A DNA stretch of 64,000 nucleotides from Bacilli bacterium (lineage in GTDB: Bacteria; Bacillota_I; Bacilli_A; ML615J-28; CAG-313): positions 58-64,057 of the forward strand of contig CAADXH010000098.1 of NCBI GenBank assembly GCA_900752975.1, read 5' to 3'. Under the pieces are notes generated by a model that saw only the letters and a program-made list of their open reading frames with translations, searched no databases and was not told where the DNA came from. This document shows, one piece after another, positions 40,945-51,494 of this stretch. Both the position numbers and the translations under genes were made by a program. Position 1 is the first letter of the stretch, and every line of letters begins with the position of its first letter.

Positions 40945-41955
40945 TTATCTTCTGCTTTTATCGTATGGTTGTCCTTCGGCCTTTGGTGCACGTGAAGACT
41001 TAGATGTAAAGGCTAAAACAACTAAAGTAATTACATATGGTAAAACGTTATAAACGTATCTACTAATACCTAGTGTTGCAAGCCAGTATACCTTATCACC
41101 ATTAATATCGATGGCAGTATAACCTGCAGATATCGCTTTCAATGAACCAAATAGTAACGCACCTAAAGTAATATATAGAGGTTTCCAGTTACCAAAGATC
41201 ATAACCGCAAGAGCTAAGAATCCCATACCAGCTACTTCGCCGGTTGCTGAACAGTTAGCTGAAGTAAGAGCATAGATAAATCCACCAAATGCTGCAAGAG
41301 CACCTGAAATCGCAACCCCAATATAACGCATTAAATAAACATTTATACCAAGTGATGCGGCTGCTTGAGGATTTTCACCACAAGCACGTAATCTTAAACC
41401 AAACTTAGTTTTGTAAAGAACTATTGATAAGATTACTACAATGCCAATTGCATAATATGTTGTTGTGTAAATTTTGTCACAAAAGATTTCTTGAAACAAA
41501 TTTAACTTTTGACCTTGAGGAATACCAAAATCCGTATATTTTAACATAAATAGAGAAACATATGATGGATTGCTTGGAGCTGATAAATAGTTTTGGTGAC
41601 AAATAATTGAAACTAAGAACAAAACTAGAGCAGGAGCAAGTAAATTAAGAGCAGTTCCACCAATTGTTTGATCAGCTTTTAAGTGCACTGACGCAAATGC
41701 TAGTAGTAATGCAAATAAGGCGCCAAAAACCGCAACTAGTAAAATAATTATCGGAAGAATTATTTGTCCCATATCGACTGTAATACCTGCTTCAACAAAT
41801 ATTTTTACAAAAAATACACCAATAAAAGCGCCAAATATCATTATACCATCTAAGGCAATATTAATGATACCACTTCGTTCGGAAAAAACACCAGCAAGAG
41901 CCACTAGTAAAAGTGGAATAGCATAAGTAATTGTAGATTGAATCAAATATCCCAT
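40945..41955 (-). CDS. Nucleoside (BMP-family) ABC transporter permease (NupQ/YufQ-like)
   Basis: 336 aa polytopic permease, last gene of the operon. Confidence 0.8.
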   Translation of the reverse strand: MGYLIQSTITYAIPLLLVALAGVFSERSGIINIALDGIMIFGAFIGVFFVKIFVEAGITVDMGQIILPIIILLVAVFGALFALLLAFASVHLKADQTIGGTALNLLAPALVLFLVSIICHQNYLSAPSNPSYVSLFMLKYTDFGIPQGQKLNLFQEIFCDKIYTTTYYAIGIVVILSIVLYKTKFGLRLRACGENPQAAASLGINVYLMRYIGVAISGALAAFGGFIYALTSANCSATGEVAGMGFLALAVMIFGNWKPLYITLGALLFGSLKAISAGYTAIDINGDKVYWLATLGISRYVYNVLPYVITLVVLAFTSKSSRAPKAEGQPYDKSRR

Positions 41956-43577
41956 TACGCATTGTCCTCCTCTTCTGTTTTAGATTCATCATATGAGTTA
42001 TCTTTTATAGTATTTGTCTCAATTAGAATAGTAGTATTCATTGTACCTTTTTTACGACCAAATAATTTAATTTTTCCATTTAAAATTTCTTTAATTAAAA
42101 GTGAGAAAGCACTGAAGTATACAATAATCGCAGAAATAATTGATGCAATATATTCATTATATGTTGTCATAAATTTGATGTTTGATCCAGCAATATCAAG
42201 ATATGCCATAAAGAGGGCAGAAATACAAACACCTAATGGATTATTTGAAGCGAGTATAGATACTGGTATACCATTAAAGCCGATTGCAGGTAAAGACTGG
42301 TATGTTTGCCATGCAAATTCAGTATTACCAGCTAAATAATATAGTGCCGCACCACCACCAGCAAGACCTCCGGCAATCATCATTGAAAAAATGATTGAAC
42401 GCTTAGCTTTAATACCTGCATATTGTGATGCATGGCGATTAGAGCCACATGCCCTTAGTTCGAATCCAAAAGTTGTTTTGTTAAGCACAACGTAAACTAT
42501 TATTGCAATAACAATGGCAATAATAATACCACCATTAACTTGGGATCCTGCAAATATTTTATCTAATCCCATTTTTGCGGTCGCAACCCCATTATGGGTA
42601 GTTTTATAAATGTATCCATTACTCTTTAATGGATCTGTCAAAAAACCGAAAAGTCCACCATCTTCATCAAATAACCATGTAACAAAGTTGGCTGCTATCC
42701 AGTTTGTCATAATACAGGTAATTACTTCATTAACATTTAATAAAGATTTAAATATTCCCGGAATAAATCCCCAAATTGCCCCAACTAAAATTGCAGCAAC
42801 AAATGCTAAAATCCAAATTAGGAAAGGAGGTACTACACTGCTTGGGATAGTTAAAGCAATTATTAAGGAAGCAGCAGTACCCATAAGATATTGCCCTGGT
42901 GTACCAATGTTAAATAAACCAGTTTTAAACGCAAGTGCCACGGATAAGCCGACCATAATAAGGGGAGTAGCACCGAATAGCATATCACCAATATCACGGC
43001 CGTTCCAGCCGAAGATAAGGTGATTAGATGAATCACGACCAACATTAAGAGCACCTAAGAATATTAATTGAATTGCTTCTTTTGCAGATTTAAAGGATAC
43101 TATCGTACCTCCACAAGTTCTACCCGCAAATAGTAGTAAAATAATACATCCAATAAGTAAACCAATTATAATAGATATCAAAGATGAAAGAATTGATTTT
43201 GTTTTTTCATTTTCATACATGTCTTTAGCCCAATTTTTTGTGCTATATTTATTTGAATGTTTTTTTAATAAAATAAGATATCCAACAAACATTCCAACTA
43301 AAATAACAAAGAATCCAAAAATCCATATAAAAGTTAATGAATTTCTAATGATCCAAAAAGCTAAAAACTCAAGTAAATATGTAACAAAAATAAAGCCAAA
43401 TATATAATAAAAATAATTATCTATAAAAGACACAAATCCATTATTTTGTTTTGCTTTTACACTTTGACATAGTTCTAGACTTGCTTTTTTGGAAGAAACC
43501 TTACGTGTTAAATAACATAAAAGGACAAATAAGCCAGCTACAACTATTGGAATAATAATCAATGCTAAATATTTCAT
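41955..43577 (-). CDS. Nucleoside (BMP-family) ABC transporter permease (NupP/YufP-like) with an about 190-aa extra N-terminal membrane domain
   Basis: The C-terminal 350 aa is a typical permease (RACGSNRHASQYAGI). Start placed at MKYLALIII to abut the ATPase stop. The N-terminal extension has 4-5 TM. Confidence 0.75.
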   Translation of the reverse strand: MKYLALIIIPIVVAGLFVLLCYLTRKVSSKKASLELCQSVKAKQNNGFVSFIDNYFYYIFGFIFVTYLLEFLAFWIIRNSLTFIWIFGFFVILVGMFVGYLILLKKHSNKYSTKNWAKDMYENEKTKSILSSLISIIIGLLIGCIILLLFAGRTCGGTIVSFKSAKEAIQLIFLGALNVGRDSSNHLIFGWNGRDIGDMLFGATPLIMVGLSVALAFKTGLFNIGTPGQYLMGTAASLIIALTIPSSVVPPFLIWILAFVAAILVGAIWGFIPGIFKSLLNVNEVITCIMTNWIAANFVTWLFDEDGGLFGFLTDPLKSNGYIYKTTHNGVATAKMGLDKIFAGSQVNGGIIIAIVIAIIVYVVLNKTTFGFELRACGSNRHASQYAGIKAKRSIIFSMMIAGGLAGGGAALYYLAGNTEFAWQTYQSLPAIGFNGIPVSILASNNPLGVCISALFMAYLDIAGSNIKFMTTYNEYIASIISAIIVYFSAFSLLIKEILNGKIKLFGRKKGTMNTTILIETNTIKDNSYDESKTEEEDNA

Positions 43578-43578
43578 T

Positions 43579-45123
43579 TTATTCAGCTCCTTTTTGACTA
43601 AACATATTTTTCGCACCAGACATATACAAGCCAAGCTCTTTTGTTGTTACATTTTTAGGATCAAATTCACCTACAATTTTTCCTTCATAGATTACTAAAA
43701 TGCGATCACTCAAGCTCATTACTTCGTCTAGTTCAAGTGATATTAAGAGAATGCCCTTACCTGCATCTCTTTCTTTTATTATTTGTTTATGAACAAATTC
43801 AATGGCTCCAACATCTAGTCCTCTTGTAGGTTGTACCGCAATTAAAACTTCATGTTCTCTACTTAGTTCTCTACCTATTATGGCTTTTTGTTGATTACCA
43901 CCTGACATAGATCTAACAATAGTTACCGGACCTTGTCCACTTCTTACATCGTATTTGGCAATTATTTCTTCACAATTTTTTCTAATTTTATCTTTTTTTA
44001 AGAAACCACCCTTTTGGAATGTAGGTTCAAAATAACGTTGAAGTACCATATTATCTTCAAGTGTAAAATCAAGAATTAAGCCATGTTTGTGACGGTCCTC
44101 AGGAATGTGCGATAAGCCAAGGTTACGTCTACGCGGAATATCTTTATATGCATTTTCGTTAATAACATATGTTACCTTACCATGACGTGGTTTTTGAAGT
44201 CCCGTGATACCATATACAAGTTCAGTTTGTCCATTACCTTCAATGCCGGCGATACAAACAATTTCTCCCGCCCTAACTTTAAAACTGACATCATTAACAA
44301 CTAGTTTTCTTTTTGTTTTAGACCACATTGAAAGGTTTTTTACTTCTAAAACAGTATTACCAGGTTTACATGGAGTCTTTTCAATATTTAAATCTACTTT
44401 ACGACCAACCATTAATTCTGATAGTTGTTCTTTTGTAACTGAAGCCACATCGTATGTTCCCATGTACTTACCCTTACGAAGGATTGTACAACGATCTGCT
44501 ACTTGTTTTATTTCATTAAGTTTATGTGTTATGAAAAGAATTGATTTACCACTATTAGCCATTTCTCTCATGATAAATAGTAATTCATCTATTTCTTGAG
44601 GGGTTAGTACTGCTGTTGGTTCATCAAAAATTAAAATATCATTATCACGATATAACATCTTTAGGATTTCAACTCTTTGTTGCATTCCAACACTAATGTC
44701 TTCAACTTTCGCATCAAGGTCAACCGCAAGTTTATAGTCTTTTGACAATTGTTCTATTTTTTGACGCGCTTTCTTCTTTAAAAGAAATCCACATTTCGTG
44801 GTTTCAGCACCTAATATAATATTATCTAAAACAGTAAAAACATCTATAAGTTGAAAATGTTGATGGACCATTCCAATACCTAATGCATTAGCATCGTTAG
44901 GATTATTGATTTTGACAGGTTTTCCATCTTTTAATATTGTTCCACCATCAGGAGTATTAAGACCAAATAGTACTCCCATAAGAGTTGATTTACCCGCTCC
45001 ATTTTCACCAAGTAGAGCATGAATTTCCCCTTTTTTTAGTTGTAAAGTAACATTATCATTAGCTATTATACCAGGAAATTCTTTTGTTATGTTTAACATT
45101 TCTATTATATAATTGTCACTCAT
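43579..45123 (-). CDS. Nucleoside ABC transporter ATP-binding protein (tandem ATPase domains)
   Basis: Two Walker A motifs (GENGAGKST, GIEGNGQTE) and two signature motifs. 514 aa. Confidence 0.9.
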   Translation of the reverse strand: MSDNYIIEMLNITKEFPGIIANDNVTLQLKKGEIHALLGENGAGKSTLMGVLFGLNTPDGGTILKDGKPVKINNPNDANALGIGMVHQHFQLIDVFTVLDNIILGAETTKCGFLLKKKARQKIEQLSKDYKLAVDLDAKVEDISVGMQQRVEILKMLYRDNDILIFDEPTAVLTPQEIDELLFIMREMANSGKSILFITHKLNEIKQVADRCTILRKGKYMGTYDVASVTKEQLSELMVGRKVDLNIEKTPCKPGNTVLEVKNLSMWSKTKRKLVVNDVSFKVRAGEIVCIAGIEGNGQTELVYGITGLQKPRHGKVTYVINENAYKDIPRRRNLGLSHIPEDRHKHGLILDFTLEDNMVLQRYFEPTFQKGGFLKKDKIRKNCEEIIAKYDVRSGQGPVTIVRSMSGGNQQKAIIGRELSREHEVLIAVQPTRGLDVGAIEFVHKQIIKERDAGKGILLISLELDEVMSLSDRILVIYEGKIVGEFDPKNVTTKELGLYMSGAKNMFSQKGAE

Positions 45124-45188
45124 ATATTCTCCTTTTTTGAAAAAATGGCTACTAAATTACTAGTAGCCATTTAATTTTGCTTTATAAA

Positions 45189-46343
45189 CTATTTAATGTA
45201 TTCTACTTTAACGTTAGAATAAGTTTTAGTTTCTGCACCTTCAGGATTGTCATCAATAGATACTTTACCAGTCTTTATTTTTTCGAATAGTTCATTGTAT
45301 TGTTCTACTGAGAAATTCTTTAATGACCATGTATCAGTAGGAAGACTAACTGCATCTTTGTCAGCACCTAATGATGTAGTTGTTCCACCAATTGTACTCC
45401 ATTTGTCAGTGAAGAATGCATCTAGGGCATCCATTGCACCTTCTCTTAAGCCTTTTGTTGCTGATGTAATTACAGTTTCAGATTGAGAAGATTGGTCAAC
45501 GTCTACACCGATAACTTTTTTATCATTTTCAAGAGCAGCAGTGAATGCACTATTACACATTGAACCACCACAAGCGAAAACAACTTCTGTACCAGTTGAA
45601 TACCAGCCTTTTAGTAATGTTACAAGTTCAGGACTTGCTGAGAAGCTTGCACCATATAACCAACTATATTTCATATTAACAGTAATTCCTTTTTCTTTTG
45701 CTGCATCATTTGCACCTTGAATATAACCATATCCAAATTTTTGACAAGCAGGGTTACTACCACCGCCGCCGCCTGAGAAGCCAAGTTTAGTATAGCCTTC
45801 CATAACTGCAGCATATCCAGCTAAATACCCAGATTGTTCTTCTTTAAATACGATTCCAGCAACATTTGCAAGAGGAGTTCCTACTTCTTCACCTTTTTCA
45901 TTAACTTTGTCAGTTAATGTCCAACCATCAATAAATACAAATTTAACTTCAGGAAGTTCCATAGCAGCTTTTCTTAATGATGATGCTTGCATAAAGCCAG
46001 CAGCAACAATGATCTTAGCGCCACTGTCAGCAGCTAGTTTCATTGCATTATATCTATCGTCATCAGTTGCACTATCACCATGTTGAGGTTGATAATATTT
46101 GTAAGACTTATTATTTTCTTTTGCGTATCTCTTGATACCTTCCCAAGTTCCTTGGTTAAATGATTTGTCTTTTAATTGACCGATATCAGTTACAAAACCA
46201 ATTTCGTATTTTCCATCTGCAGTTTCCTTAATATCAGGAATTGCATCATAATCGTAGCCTTTAGTATTACCTTTATCAGGTTTACAAGAAGCTACACTGA
46301 ATAAGAACATCACAGCTAAAATAGTTAAAATTACTCTTTTCAT
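45189..46343 (-). CDS. BMP-family (PnrA/Med-like) nucleoside-binding lipoprotein, ABC substrate-binding protein
   Basis: Signal peptide plus lipobox (LFSVASC). BMP-family size and position at the head of the ABC operon. Confidence 0.85.
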   Translation of the reverse strand: MKRVILTILAVMFLFSVASCKPDKGNTKGYDYDAIPDIKETADGKYEIGFVTDIGQLKDKSFNQGTWEGIKRYAKENNKSYKYYQPQHGDSATDDDRYNAMKLAADSGAKIIVAAGFMQASSLRKAAMELPEVKFVFIDGWTLTDKVNEKGEEVGTPLANVAGIVFKEEQSGYLAGYAAVMEGYTKLGFSGGGGGSNPACQKFGYGYIQGANDAAKEKGITVNMKYSWLYGASFSASPELVTLLKGWYSTGTEVVFACGGSMCNSAFTAALENDKKVIGVDVDQSSQSETVITSATKGLREGAMDALDAFFTDKWSTIGGTTTSLGADKDAVSLPTDTWSLKNFSVEQYNELFEKIKTGKVSIDDNPEGAETKTYSNVKVEYIK

Positions 46344-46386
46344 ATTTTCCTCCATATTTTTTTGTTGGATTTTTCACCAACACAAA

Positions 46387-46415
46387 GATTATAACAAATC
46401 TATTTTTATTTTGCA
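46387..46415 (-). promoter_or_regulatory. Promoter of the BMP nucleoside ABC operon (TTGCAA-17-TATAAT)
   Basis: -35 at 46410-46415 and -10 at 46387-46392 on the minus strand, followed by a 5'-UTR hairpin and the RBS GGAGG. Confidence 0.45.
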
Positions 46416-46424
46416 AGCATTTTA

Positions 46425-47081
46425 TTACTTTTCTAGTATTTTTTTTACATTTGCACTATTTTCTTTAATTAAATTAAAGACTTTCGCAAGAGGTTCACCA
46501 TCAACTAGAGCATGTGAAACTGTAATATTAAGGGTTAAAGTGTATCTACCCTCTTTTTCGGTAAACTTACTCCAACAAATACGAGGAACAGATAGTGATT
46601 CGATATTACCACTTGGAATTGGATGTGTGAATGCATCAAATTCAAGCCATGGTAAGCATGTCAAATAAAACACATTGTATTCAGTAGTATTATATGCATC
46701 AACAACTGTTAGCTGTGGTTTTTTTCTTTCAATTTCTTCATGAGCATCATCATAAAACTTATAGTAGTCGAAATTCATCTCGTTACTACCATTTTCAAAA
46801 CTACCACCAGCTGTTTTAATTGTATAAGTTGGATGCACAATATCATATAAGCGAACTTCACCATCTACCACGCGTAATCGCATTTCTTCTACTTCATTTA
46901 AGCTTTTTGATACTACGTATAAAAAATTAATAAAAAATGAAGTTTTGGTCATTTTTGAAAATTTTACTACTTCTGTTACATCAATAGTTGCATCTATTCC
47001 ATAACATGGATTTGAAAATGAAGAAAACCAGTTATATTGTTTGCTTCTTTTCCAATTTTTTACATCAATTACACTATACAT
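46425..47081 (-). CDS. Chloramphenicol acetyltransferase (CAT) family protein
   Basis: IDVKNWKRSKQYNWFSSFSNPCYGIDATIDVT matches the CAT N-terminal signature. Also HPTYTI, and the catalytic-His region VSHALVDG. Confidence 0.78.
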   Translation of the reverse strand: MYSVIDVKNWKRSKQYNWFSSFSNPCYGIDATIDVTEVVKFSKMTKTSFFINFLYVVSKSLNEVEEMRLRVVDGEVRLYDIVHPTYTIKTAGGSFENGSNEMNFDYYKFYDDAHEEIERKKPQLTVVDAYNTTEYNVFYLTCLPWLEFDAFTHPIPSGNIESLSVPRICWSKFTEKEGRYTLTLNITVSHALVDGEPLAKVFNLIKENSANVKKILEK

Positions 47082-47183
47082 AAATTACCTCCCACTTTTC
47101 TATAATTATTTTATCAAATTTTAAAGGTATTGTAAAGAAAAACATACCATTCTTTGAAATGATATGTTTTTAAGGATGTTTAT

Positions 47184-48620
47184 TTATTCTTTATTAATAT
47201 TTAAGATTGATACGGCATCTGTAATTGTCTTTTCAAATGCCTCCATGCCATATTTATCGACTTCTGTTTTATTTTTTTCGCCATGAGTTAAGCAACCGGC
47301 ACCACCGATACAGCCACCAATACAAGCCATACCTTCAATAAAGTTTGCATCTAAGACATTCTTATTCTTTCTAAGTAATGCCATTTTACATTCTTCAATA
47401 CCATCACATGGAATTGCTTTTAAAACAAAGTCATTTATGTTAGCTTCTTTTAGTCCTTCTGCCATAGCATCTGATAACCCACCAGAACGTGCGAAGATTC
47501 TTCCATAATATGATGCATTATCTAATATATCTTCTTCAAGGGTTGTAATATCAAGGTCCTTACTGTCAAATAAAGCTTGTAATTCTTCAAATGTTAAAAC
47601 TTCATCAACATAAGGTTTTACTTCTTCTTGTTGGATTTCCATCTTTTTAGCTGTACAAGGACCGATAAAAACAATTTTACTATTTGGATCGTTTTGTTTA
47701 ATATATTTAGAAATAGTTGCCATAGGTGATAAATTATGTGATAAATATTGTTTTAGGTTAGGAAATTCTTTTTTCAAGTAAGCCACAAAGGCTGGACAAC
47801 AACTACTTGTTAAAAATCCTTTTTCAGCAAGTTCTTTAGCCTCAGACATCGCTACCATATCAGCACCAAGAGCTGCTTCAATAACGGTATAAAAGCCTAA
47901 GTTTTTAAGACCCGTTATAACTTGACCTAATTTTGCATAATTAAACTGACTTGAAATGGAAGGAGCTACTACCGCATATACTTTATATTTTGTATTGTTT
48001 TGACTCTTCTTAATAATATCAATAACATCAATTATAAATGATTTATCAGTGATTGCTCCAAAAGGACATTGATATACACAAGCACCACATGCAATACACT
48101 TATCATTATTAACTTTTGCTTCTTTATTTTCACCCATAGTTATAGCTTTTACTTTACATGCTACTTCACAAGGGCGTTTATAATTATGGATGGCACTATA
48201 TGGACAAACTTTCGCACACGCACCGCACTCTACACATTTTGTTTTATCAATTCTTGCGACATGGTTATTATCAAATGAAATAGCACCACGCTTACATGCG
48301 GCTTCGCATCTATGAGCTAAACAACCACGACAAGCATTTGTTACATCATATCCACCCATTGGGCATTCATCACAAGCAATGTCTATTACCTCAATTACGT
48401 TTGGATTATTGCGATCCCCACCCATTGCTATTTTCACTCTTTCAGCAATAATAGCACGTTCTTTATATACGCAGCAACGCATTGTTGGAACATTACCAGA
48501 AATTATTTCTTTCGGAATATCTAAGATATGATCATATAGAGTTTCATTCCAAGCATATCTTGCGACTTCACGCAATACTTCATATTTTATATATTGGACT
48601 TTTGTGTCAAACTTTCTCAT
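47184..48620 (-). CDS. [FeFe] hydrogenase-like protein with N-terminal 4Fe-4S ferredoxin domains
   Basis: Several CxxCxxCxxxCP clusters. H-cluster motifs TSSCCPAFV (L1), GPCTAKKME (L2, Gly in place of Met) and EGMACIGGCIGGAGC (L3). Confidence 0.8.
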   Translation of the reverse strand: MRKFDTKVQYIKYEVLREVARYAWNETLYDHILDIPKEIISGNVPTMRCCVYKERAIIAERVKIAMGGDRNNPNVIEVIDIACDECPMGGYDVTNACRGCLAHRCEAACKRGAISFDNNHVARIDKTKCVECGACAKVCPYSAIHNYKRPCEVACKVKAITMGENKEAKVNNDKCIACGACVYQCPFGAITDKSFIIDVIDIIKKSQNNTKYKVYAVVAPSISSQFNYAKLGQVITGLKNLGFYTVIEAALGADMVAMSEAKELAEKGFLTSSCCPAFVAYLKKEFPNLKQYLSHNLSPMATISKYIKQNDPNSKIVFIGPCTAKKMEIQQEEVKPYVDEVLTFEELQALFDSKDLDITTLEEDILDNASYYGRIFARSGGLSDAMAEGLKEANINDFVLKAIPCDGIEECKMALLRKNKNVLDANFIEGMACIGGCIGGAGCLTHGEKNKTEVDKYGMEAFEKTITDAVSILNINKE

Positions 48621-48631
48621 ATATTCACCAA

Positions 48632-49804
48632 TTAAAAGTAACTTACTTTTATCCTTTTACCCATTTGTTTTAAATACTTTGATAATTCCTCAACTAAATT
48701 CATTTTTATACTAAAGTTGATTGGTAAGTCTGGATTTTGGTGAGCAGGGTTAATTGCTCTACCTACATAAAAGTTAATGTCCGTAGCTTCTTCAAATAAC
48801 ATTCTACTAATTAAAGAAGCACCATCTTTTTTAAAGCACCAATCATCATATAATTTATTCTCACCAACATAGTCTTTAGCATATTCCACAACCTTATTAA
48901 TTGTGATAACTCCTTCTGTTACTAAGTCAACGCCTTCAATTGTTGCAGTAGGAGGAATATTTGAATTTTCGAAATTAAGAGATGCAACTAGTGGCTTACC
49001 TAAATACTTGGAAACAATTGATGAAGTAGTGCCACCACAAACAATGTGCTTACCTTCTTTTGCGAAGAAAAGGGCCATCATTCTATTGCAGTCATTACGA
49101 TCAGATGGAGGACCAAACAAAATATTAACCGGTTCTCTTTTTCTAATTTTTACTACACATGCAGTAGCATCATCACCAGGTGCACCACCATATAGTTTAT
49201 CGCATTCATCAATTAACATTGTTGACATTGTTTTAGCGGTATAACCACCACAATTAATGTCTTTCATATACTCAGCAATATCACTAAGTTTCCAACCAAA
49301 ATTATAAGCAATACCAATTCCAGCATGAGGACATCCATCACTCATTGCAATTATTACATCATTTTCTTCTAATTTAATTTGTGTTTTATAAATCTTTTTA
49401 CCACCAATAATTAATTCAGATTTAGGATAGTCATAAATTTCATTATTTCTTAAAAAAATCATCTGAGGATTATCATATTGAATTAATTCAGCACTTTCAT
49501 TATTTTTGATATGAATGATTGAAAATGTTGAGTAAGCAACACCTCTAACTGAACAAATTGGAAGAGTCGCTGCAATCGTGTCAACACATGACTCAAGTGA
49601 TAAACCAGCAGAAATCATTGTGGAAATGATTTTAGAAGTAAGGGTTGATAGAATGCTTGCTTTTACGCCACTACCAAGTCCATCAGCAAGAACTATAATC
49701 GTCGAACCATCTTCTTGTTCGATGACATCCATATGGTCTCCGCATAACTCTTCTCCTGCGTGATTAATACTTTTATAACCAATATCTGCACATAGATTAT
49801 TCAT
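48632..49804 (-). CDS. PP2C-family (SpoIIE/RsbU-like) serine phosphatase
   Basis: Motifs ADGLGSG and GDDATA, with metal-binding Asp residues. 390 aa. Overlaps the hydS stop. Confidence 0.85.
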   Translation of the reverse strand: MNNLCADIGYKSINHAGEELCGDHMDVIEQEDGSTIIVLADGLGSGVKASILSTLTSKIISTMISAGLSLESCVDTIAATLPICSVRGVAYSTFSIIHIKNNESAELIQYDNPQMIFLRNNEIYDYPKSELIIGGKKIYKTQIKLEENDVIIAMSDGCPHAGIGIAYNFGWKLSDIAEYMKDINCGGYTAKTMSTMLIDECDKLYGGAPGDDATACVVKIRKREPVNILFGPPSDRNDCNRMMALFFAKEGKHIVCGGTTSSIVSKYLGKPLVASLNFENSNIPPTATIEGVDLVTEGVITINKVVEYAKDYVGENKLYDDWCFKKDGASLISRMLFEEATDINFYVGRAINPAHQNPDLPINFSIKMNLVEELSKYLKQMGKRIKVSYF

Positions 49805-51488
49805 TCGTAATTGACTCCTTTAATTTAGTAAGAGCAATTTTGGTTTCTGCTGCTGTTTCACCTAGAAGTGAAGCAATTTCTTGAACAATTCGCATTTGCT
49901 TGTCAACCACTTTATCGGCAATTTCTACAGTTTGTTTGCTTATTGATTCTTTCTTACTCTTTTCTAGAGTTGCTTCAGTCACATCACGCATGATGCAAAT
50001 CAATAGGTGATAATTTATATCATAAATAATTGATTGTTCAACATATTTATCATATTCAGCAAGATAAATTTTTTCATTTTTAATATTTTGTTTAGTATCT
50101 AAAACTTTAATGAAAGGCACTGGGTCAAGAATTCTTACAACCTGATCACCTAATATATCAGAATCACTTCTAATATTTAAAATCTTTTTAGCTGCTGAAT
50201 TAATTTGTTGAACTTCAAATTTTTCATTTAAGACGATTAAACCATTTGGTGTATTACTAACAATACAATCTGAAAAACTTTCAGCCTTTTCCTTTAAATA
50301 AGGTAGACACATTGATATTTCAGCTTTACCTTGATAAATAGCAATGGCTTTATCATGACAAGTATTGTATCCACATGAACCACAGTTCAATTCATCACTT
50401 TTTTTAGTTTTTCCCATTTGTTTCATTATTTGGGTTATTTCATATTCAGTAGGAATAGCACTTGTAACTTTAATTGGCGCAAAGTTCTTTTGATAGAATA
50501 AGCTATTTTCTTGAGCTACTTCAAAGTCTTTAGAACCTGCGTACTTATTAACAAGTAAATAATCCTTTAAATGTGAATTATGATGTTTTTCAATTATTGG
50601 ACCAGCAATACAGCTACCATGACATGCGGACATTTCAATAAAACATTTAGTTATTTTACCTGCTTCAATATCTTTTAAAGCTGCAATACAATTTTCAGTA
50701 CCATCAACAGACATATAGGCATAACCTGGAGCATCACAAGCCATTGTCTTTAGGATACCACCGGTTGTTGGGAATAATCTAGTTTTGCTATGTTCATTTT
50801 GTTCTTGGTCTAGTTCTTTTTCAAGTTCAATATGTTCTTCTTTTAACCAGTTTGATAGTTCCTCAAAAGTTAAAACACAATCCACAATCCCTTCATATCG
50901 GTCGGCTTCATCTTTTTTCGCAACACATGGTCCAATAAATATTGTTTTAGCATCAGGATGACGTTTTTTAATATCGGTACAATGTGCTTGCATAGGACTC
51001 ATAACATTAGCAAGATACTTTAATTCATTTGGAAAGTACTTTTGAATTAATAAGTTTACAGAATGACAACATGAAGAAATCAAAATGTCATTGAACCCTT
51101 CTCTTAAAATTTTATCATACTCATTCTTAACAAAGGTTGCTCCTATTGCCGTTTCCTCTACATCATAAAAGCCTAATTTCTTTAAAGCTTTACGAATAGA
51201 TTCAATTCCTATACCATCATAATTTGCAATAAATGATGGGGCAATACTAGCAATAACTGGAACATTTAAATTTAAAAGCATCTTTGCTTTTTCAATTCCA
51301 TCAACTATTTGTTTTGCATCTTGTGGACAAACTACAAAGCATTGACCACATAAAATACATTCATTATCAACAATATGAGCTTGGTTAGCTGAGAATCTAA
51401 TTGACTTTACTGGACAATGTCTAATACATTTATAACAATTCTTACAATTAGATTTTTTTAAAGTTAAATAACTCGCCATTTTATTCAC
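49797..51488 (-). CDS. hydS: Sensory-type [FeFe] hydrogenase (HydS/HfsB-like): H-cluster domain plus Cys-rich linker plus C-terminal PAS domain
   Basis: L1 ISSCCHSV; L2 GPCVAKKDE (Gly in place of Met); L3 EMSACHGSCIAG (Ser in place of Met), as reported for sensory HydS. CGSCGYNTCHDKAIAIYQGKAEISMC, then a PAS-like domain. Confidence 0.85.
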   Translation of the reverse strand: MNKMASYLTLKKSNCKNCYKCIRHCPVKSIRFSANQAHIVDNECILCGQCFVVCPQDAKQIVDGIEKAKMLLNLNVPVIASIAPSFIANYDGIGIESIRKALKKLGFYDVEETAIGATFVKNEYDKILREGFNDILISSCCHSVNLLIQKYFPNELKYLANVMSPMQAHCTDIKKRHPDAKTIFIGPCVAKKDEADRYEGIVDCVLTFEELSNWLKEEHIELEKELDQEQNEHSKTRLFPTTGGILKTMACDAPGYAYMSVDGTENCIAALKDIEAGKITKCFIEMSACHGSCIAGPIIEKHHNSHLKDYLLVNKYAGSKDFEVAQENSLFYQKNFAPIKVTSAIPTEYEITQIMKQMGKTKKSDELNCGSCGYNTCHDKAIAIYQGKAEISMCLPYLKEKAESFSDCIVSNTPNGLIVLNEKFEVQQINSAAKKILNIRSDSDILGDQVVRILDPVPFIKVLDTKQNIKNEKIYLAEYDKYVEQSIIYDINYHLLICIMRDVTEATLEKSKKESISKQTVEIADKVVDKQMRIVQEIASLLGETAAETKIALTKLKESITNE

Positions 51489-51494
51489 CTCTTG

